Assembly (NCBI GenBank): GCA_002269645.1
Contig: NIVC01001386.1
Coordinates: forward strand, 1 to 15,617
Direction: 5' to 3'
From: Macrostomum lignano
Taxonomy: Eukaryota
Length of the DNA: 15,617 bases
How positions within the stretch are numbered: the stretch's first letter is position 1; each line of letters opens with the position of its first letter. Made by a program: the position numbers and the translations under genes. Positions 9,501 through 15,617 of the stretch are shown here, piece after piece. A model generated the notes under the pieces. It was not told the origin of the DNA, made no database searches, and worked only from the letters and a program-made list of their open reading frames with translations.

Positions 9501-10840
9501 CATCAACCTGACCAGAGCTGTGCTCATCGCCCTGCGGCACCAGAGTCTGAATCGCCTCATCAACTCCAGCGGAGACCCTTTGGCAACGTTTTTGGACGTC
9601 TACGCCGCGTTGCTGCAGCGCCTGCACACCGTCTGGCGGTCGGGCGGCAAGACCATCATGGACTCCGGCTTTGTTGTGCGCGGTGAGCCCGCTCCGCCCC
9701 CATTCAGCTCCGCTCCGCCCCCATTCAGCTCCGCTCCGCCCCCATTCCGCTCCGCTCCGCCCCCATTCAGCTCCGCTCCGCCCCCATTCAGCTCCGCTCC
9801 GCCCCATTCAGCTCCGCTCCGCCCCCATTCCGCTCCGCTCCGCCCCCATTCAGCTCCGCTCCGCCCCCATTCCGCTCCGCTCCGCCCCCATTCAGCTCCG
9901 CTCCGCCCCCATTCAGCTCCGCTCCGCCCCCATTCAGCTCCGCTCCGCCCCCATTCAGCTCCGCTCCGCCCCCATTCAGCTCCGCTCCGCCCCCATTCCG
10001 CTCCGCTCCGCCCCCATTCAGCTCCGCTCCGCCCCCATTCAGCTCCGCTCCGCCCCCATTCAGCTCCGCTCCGCCCCCATTCAGCTCCGCTCCGCCCCCA
10101 TTCCGTTCCGCTCCGCCTCCATTTAGCTCCGCCCCTATTCCGCTCCCATTCCGCTCTCATCCTATCGCTAACTAATTTCCTTACTCAATATCCAAGAGGG
10201 GGTAAAGAACCGCGTAGAGATTCAAATTGCCTTGAGAATCCATGTTGATAAAGCTCACACTCAGTCTTGCATTAGACTAGAACTCAAGTAGATCATCAGA
10301 GGCGCTGTACTTTAAGAGATCAGACCTCACCAGAATTCGACACAAAATTTATATGCAACGTGCAAAGAAAGAAAAATCGAAGGGCTTATTATAAGCTACT
10401 CTCAATAGGCAAGGCGAAGTAGGCGTTGCATTGGCTAGAAAAAACTTATCATTGTTTTACGCAGGTGAGGCGGAGACAGACAGACAGGCAGGTACAGAGA
10501 CGGTAAGATGGCCAGTGGGGATTAGGTTGACATCTTACAAAGTCAGCTGTTGCCCATAATAATTAGAGGAAAAGCAGCGCGCTCGCACAGCAGGGGAGGC
10601 AGAAATGTTGAGCTCAACAATAGTTACGCCAAAACTAATGATTTATTTTTGAATTGTGAAGCTGACTGAAGCAATGCTTTATTAACAGACCTGGAGACCG
10701 CCTGCATCAGGAACCCGGAGGCGCTTCTCAGAGAACTGCAGCAGCCGACAGCAGAGGGCGACGTGAACGGCGGTTTCACCGGCCAGGGCGGCGCTGCGAA
10801 AGTGAACTCGGACAATTTCGTGGATCTCTGCAGCGACTGA
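5367..10840 (+). CDS. ELMOD3: ELMO domain-containing protein 3-like (ARL2/ARF-family GAP); spliced CDS join(5367..6582,7738..7986,8576..8700,9358..9682,10689..10840), ~688 aa, possibly a damaged allele or copy
   Basis: Five GC-rich exons with GT-AG introns whose phases (1,1,0,1) match when acceptor 9357 is used. The spliced protein contains [23 protein letters not shown]...[17 protein letters not shown] and [19 protein letters not shown]. These are collinear with ELMOD3 motifs recalled from human ([65 protein letters not shown]). Confidence 0.88.
5832..6366 (+). repeat. Coding minisatellite: 12-bp ACAACTGG(C/T)CCT units with 9-bp variants, encoding (PTTG)n/(PTG)
   Basis: Read directly. All unit variants are multiples of 3. 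Higher-order blocks PITDPTG (x3) and [11 protein letters not shown] (x2, 159 nt apart). Confidence 0.95.
6923..7583 (+). mobile_element. Non-autonomous foldback (MULE/Mutator-like MITE), 661 bp, in ELMOD3 intron 1
   Basis: Perfect 8-bp TSD AAATTTTC (6915-6922 and 7584-7591). Termini GGG...CCC. Long inverted arms 6923-7249 and 7330-7583 around an 80-bp spacer. Subterminal arrays of 15-bp GACGTTTGCCTGCGG and 14-bp GACGTTTGCCAGCC units. The right terminus (reverse complement GGGTCTACGACGTTTG) resembles, from memory, the GGGTCTAC terminus of animal MULEs such as Aedes Muta1. No transposase ORF. Confidence 0.85.
7738..7986 (+). CDS. ELMOD3: ELMOD3-like coding exon 2
   Basis: Acceptor TTTTCAAACAG|TG and donor T|GTGAGC (7987). 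Encodes EDESDEDEE...[60 protein letters not shown]. Confidence 0.92.
8012..8482. repeat. 22-23-bp minisatellite ACAGATACCCAATGAGGCACCC(C), ~21 copies, intron 2
   Basis: Read directly; starts 25 nt after the exon 2 donor. Confidence 0.95.
8576..8700 (+). CDS. ELMOD3: ELMOD3-like coding exon 3
   Basis: Acceptor CATTTCAG|GT and donor CAA|GTGAGC (8701, phase 0). Encodes (C)[41 protein letters not shown], the N-terminal part of the ELMO domain. Confidence 0.92.
8875..9325. repeat. 14-bp minisatellite GAGGATGGGGAATC, ~32 copies, intron 3
   Basis: Read directly; nearly homogeneous, with one 13-bp unit near 9061. Ends 27 nt before the AG at 9351-9352. Confidence 0.97.
9353..9682 (+). CDS. ELMOD3: ELMOD3-like coding exon 4 (frame restored only from 9358; use of 9353 frameshifts)
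   Basis: Encodes [17 protein letters not shown]...[18 protein letters not shown]...[16 protein letters not shown]. Donor G|GTGAGC (9683, phase 1). Two candidate acceptors: AG 9351-9352 and AG 9356-9357. Confidence 0.88.
9689..10156. repeat. 21-bp C-rich minisatellite (A/C)GCTCCGCTCCGCCCCCATTC, ~22 copies, intron 4
   Basis: Read directly; begins ~6 nt after the exon 4 donor; G-rich on the minus strand. Confidence 0.95.
10689..10840 (+). CDS. ELMOD3: ELMOD3-like coding exon 5 (terminal)
   Basis: Acceptor TTTATTAACAG|AC; a phase-1 join gives [22 protein letters not shown]...DNFVDLCSD* with TGA at 10838-10840. Confidence 0.85.
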
Positions 10841-10859
10841 TTAAAGAAGAAACATTAAA
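10840..10859 (+). terminator. Candidate polyadenylation signals (ATTAAA x2) for the ELMOD3-like gene
   Basis: ATTAAA at 10840-10845 and 10854-10859, immediately after the stop. ATTAAA is a common variant signal, but its use here is not demonstrated. Confidence 0.35.
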
Positions 10860-11509
10860 TAGCTTAATATTCTGCATTTCCTGCCTGCATGACGTTTTGT
10901 GGTATCCCAATGACCGGTCGTTCGGGATTCAATTGCTGCTTGGTCATCGCTGCGTGACGGGAGATCGGAGGTGCATTTCTTATTTTCTTTGCGTTATTGA
11001 TTGTTGCGATTCGACGGGCCTAGGCAGGGATCTGGGAATCACGTATTCCATCAAGATATCAGGATGCATAGCGAGCGGCAGTTCCAGGCCCAGTACCCTT
11101 CACATCATCCCTTTTCTAAGAAATTGTGTATCGGATACATCCTTGAGAGTGTTTCTCTTTGACTGAGCAAGATTTCATGTTGCTTTCTTCCCGCAGGCAG
11201 GACTAAAATTTTCCTCTTTGAAATATTTTGCCCCGAGGAAAATCTCATGACCGGATGAGAAATGCTGGTAAAAAAATTTTTATTTAGAAGACGTTTTATA
11301 TGATTCAATGCCGTCCGTTTTATTGATTGATCGCTTCAAATCATTTATAGCCTCGAGCGAAGGCCCAATGCCCTATGCTTGTGCTAATGTATAATATACC
11401 ATGCTCAGCTTCTGTGTTGCGCTCTGGTGCCGTCCGGTGTTCGTGCCGACACACAAAATAGTACTGATTGATTTTTGGGTTTTTCTATTATTATCCTATC
11501 TATTTTCTG

Positions 11510-12411
<902 letters not shown>

Positions 12412-12915
12412 AATGGAAACTTTCTCTACTCATTCAAACAGCGATCCTGTTTCCTGAGGCACACATCGCTTCCCTTCCCTCTGCCTATTCCTTATGAACA
12501 GATGGGACAGAGGCTTTAAAGGCGAAGAACAATAGGCAATTGCAAAAAAATGTTTGCTGCGAAAATGCCAAACTAGCTCAGTTGTGCAGAAATGCAGAAA
12601 TACTGAAACCGGGGCAGAAAATGCAATGCAAAATGCAATGCAAAAAAACTCTGTGCTCAGCCAATGACTGCCGATGTCCACTACTGAGGAAGGGCATTGG
12701 TTATCAGCTGATGTACAGGCGCCGGTGTTTCAAGGATACTAAAAAGCAACAAACTAAGGACTGCCTGCTGCGCTGTCTAACAGAGTAATTTATTGAAATA
12801 TCGACGTAAAATCCTTCCTTTCAAACCTTGACTTCGCCGAGGCGCAGGTTGTTGTCTAATTTTTAATTGTTGCTTGAGCAGATTGATCTACAGTAAGTTT
12901 TGTATTCTATTGTCA

Positions 12916-13065
<150 letters not shown>

Positions 13066-13338
13066 TAGTGTGTCTATCTGTCTGCAGCACACTTTCACAA
13101 ATTAGAGTTACCGCACCCGCTCTCTGTGAATTAATGTCTTTACTCTCATTAATCGAAGGATGCTAAATCAGCCAACAGAACACTGATCCCACCTGTTCGC
13201 ACCTGTCTCCTTCATTTGCAAAACGGATCTCAGGTGACGACAGAATTTCGCCGATCTCAGCCTCTCTCCCCGAAAACACAAGATCTCAATCCTAGTCAGG
13301 GATTAATGAAGTTTGCTGAGCGCTTGCTGAAGTTTGCG

Positions 13339-13616
<278 letters not shown>

Positions 13617-14106
13617 AACTTGAGTCTATGTATACTTGTTCAATATTATCGTCTAGCAAGTATGATTTGTTTCGTATAGAAGCGTGGTTTATCGCAACAG
13701 ATCCGTTAATCATTAAACCTGTCATCATGCATTACTGACTAATGCAACGCAATTAAGTGGCAATCCTTTCGTAGCACCTGGGACCTTTCTGGCTTCATTT
13801 CGCCATTCGGTTTTTTGCTAACAGAACTAGAATATACTCTCGACCCGTGTCTAAAAAGTCAATAAAATAAAAAAATCTATTAAGCGAGCAATCCTATTAA
13901 AAATCAGAACCGTGTGCTAGAAATCCTGTTCTGCAATCACAATAGTTGCTTTGAACTTCTCTAATAAATTGTCTTTTAAGCTGAGATTTTTACTTAAGAT
14001 AGCCTTACTTAAATTACTGGCTTGGCTTGCAGTCTGTGGGAAAGTGCAGTGGCTTAACCATTAGACATAATTGTCTGTCTATCAGTCTGTCTGTCAGTCT
14101 GTCGGT

Positions 14107-14372
14107 CATAGACAAGCTGGATAGGCTGTGCCATCATAGGTTGGATAGGTTGGGCCATAGACATAGGTTGAATAGGTTGGCCATAGACAGGCTGGATAGG
14201 CTGAGCCATAGACATAGGTTGGATAGGCTGTGCCATAGACAGGCTGGATATGCTGAGCGATAGACATAGGTTGGATAGGTTGGGCCATAGACATAGGTTG
14301 GATAGGTTGGGCCATAGACATAGGTTGGATAGGTTGGCCATAGACATAGGTTGGATAGGCTGGGCCATAGAC
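14107..14372. repeat. 25-27-bp minisatellite CATAGACATAGGTTGGATAGG(T/C)TGGGC, ~10 copies
   Basis: Read directly; units are built from ATAG/ATAGGTTGG sub-motifs. Confidence 0.92.
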
Positions 14373-14950
14373 GCAGAATGTCTGACTGAGAAACTGGACT
14401 GAGTGGCAAGCAAGCCTTGGATCACGGACTGCTGAAGTAGAAGGACGCTATTATTGTTTGCTCCTGGGAAAATATTATATCGTTCAAAGTTTTAATTATA
14501 ATATACACTGGCCTAATGGCTATGATCATTCGAGGGTTTATTTTGAAAGAGATTACAGCAAGGCAGAGGCGAACACACAAAGGTCCAGTTTGAAAGGGTT
14601 TATCTCAAGAGCTGAGTTCCCTAAGTAGCAAAGCTGCTGCTTAAGGTTAGCCAAGGAGGGATTTTCTTACCCCCTCCCCTGAAGAGAGAGCTCAATGTTC
14701 GGAGCAGAGTCTTCGCAAGAAATGGTAAATTTCACCGATTAGCTGCTACTTGAGCTCGAAAGCAGGGTATGTTTTTTGTTAATAGTGAGACTGCTGTGCT
14801 TCATAGGGCATATAAAGCTTTATAGAGAGTGAATTCAAAGCAAGTGAAGCAGTGAGCTGAGAGCACTTTTGCATTTATACTTGCGTTTGCAACTATTTTG
14901 TAGCGCAATCCATCTTCAAGTAGCTGATTTTGAAAATTCACGACTTTTCC

Positions 14951-15192
14951 GTCCGTGACTAGCATGACTCATCAGTTCGTGACTAGCATGACTCATCAGT
15001 TCGTGACTACATGACTCATCAGTTCATGACTAGAATGACTCATCAGTATGTGACTAGCATGACTCATCAGTATGTGACTAGCATGACTCATCAGTCCGTG
15101 ACTAGCATGACTCATCAGTCCGTGACTAGCATGACTCATCAGTCTGTGACTAGCATGACTCATCAGTCCGTGACTAGCATGACTCATCAGTC
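14951..15192. repeat. 24-bp minisatellite GTCCGTGACTAGCATGACTCATCA, 10 copies, each with ATGACTCAT
   Basis: Read directly; ATGACTCAT starts at 14964, 14988, 15011, 15035, 15059, 15083, 15107, 15131, 15155 and 15179. Confidence 0.95.
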
Positions 15193-15325
15193 TGGGACTA
15201 AGCAGGACTCATGACCCCATGTCTCATGAATTTAAATGAAAAATTGGTCACAAGGCTAAAAATATTACCCAGTAAAATTGCTGTCGTTTAAGAATCCCCC
15301 CTCGAAGCGAAATTCCGGTCCGCTG

Positions 15326-15617
15326 CTAGCAGGCAGTGTTGATGAAAGGTCCTCTACTTTTACTTCGCCTGTGTGTGCAGTTTTGCAGCTGCTTGCTTGG
15401 GGAGAAGAATTGCTCACCAGACGGCGCGGCATCCATTAAGTCACCAGGCTCCAGCCGCTCGCTGAGAGCTCTCGCTCTCTGCCTGCTTCCCCCAACACTT
15501 TCGCACTTGTCGCTAGTGGTGAGGGAGGGACGGTGGACAAGGGGGGGGGGGGGCAGGAGAGCCGCACTCCGGCTGCATCCTGGAATTCTTTGCAGCAAAA
15601 AAGGAGGCGGTCAAGCA
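15326..15617. other. GC/CpG-rich unique segment, possibly an exon or regulatory region of a neighbouring gene (strand unresolved)
   Basis: Composition resembles the exons above. Stop-free frames exist on both strands, with possible splice signals (minus strand: acceptor near 15580, donor GTGAGC at 15417). No recognisable protein motif. G13 run at 15541-15553. Confidence 0.2.

Noticed and set aside
8012-10156. CRISPR-like arrays
   Set aside because: The repeats are head-to-tail with no unique spacers, no cas genes, and a eukaryotic intronic context.
8869-10248. 459-aa ORF read as a single protein
   Set aside because: It is ELMOD3 exon 4 flanked by two stop-free intronic minisatellites; splice sites and homology delimit the real coding part to ~9353/9358-9682.
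10980-11090. Minus-strand LMEYVIP peptide resembling the CHIC C-terminal MMEYVIL
   Set aside because: It lies upstream of CHIC exon 1 in gene orientation, is bounded by stops, and the flanking residues do not match; chance 5-residue match.
15483-15512. Minus-strand GTGCGAAAGTGTTGGGGGAAGCAGG resembling a 16S rRNA segment
   Set aside because: Short gapped similarity with no flanking rRNA sequence or structure.

Overview
This is eukaryotic (animal) genomic DNA, not prokaryotic. It has AT-rich spacers, GC-rich exons with GT-AG introns, and a very high load of micro- and minisatellites. The style resembles repeat-rich invertebrates such as the flatworm Macrostomum, but the species cannot be proven from this window. 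Two genes sit head-to-head. The first is a CHIC-family (cysteine-rich hydrophobic domain) gene on the minus strand, with only coding exon 1 present (3740-3613). The second is a complete 5-exon ELMOD3-like gene (ELMO-domain ARL2/ARF GAP family) on the plus strand, join(5367..6582,7738..7986,8576..8700,9358..9682,10689..10840), about 688 aa. The ELMOD3 copy has two oddities. It carries a ~178-aa Pro-Thr-Thr-Gly repeat in its N-terminus. It also has an apparent 7-nt lesion in the catalytic signature motif at the start of exon 4, which frameshifts the protein unless a second AG 5 nt downstream is used. Two related foldback (MULE-like) non-autonomous elements of different ages are present (25-1141 decayed; 6923-7583 young, with a perfect 8-bp TSD), along with a strong CpG-decay footprint. 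The 3' third is a satellite field that includes a 24-bp array with ten perfect ATGACTCAT (AP-1/GCN4-type) sites. Most long ORFs in the supplied track are repeat artefacts. I see no good evidence of a wholly new biological system; the best leads are the damaged or rescued ELMOD3 active-site motif, its exonic repeat, and the MULE pair.
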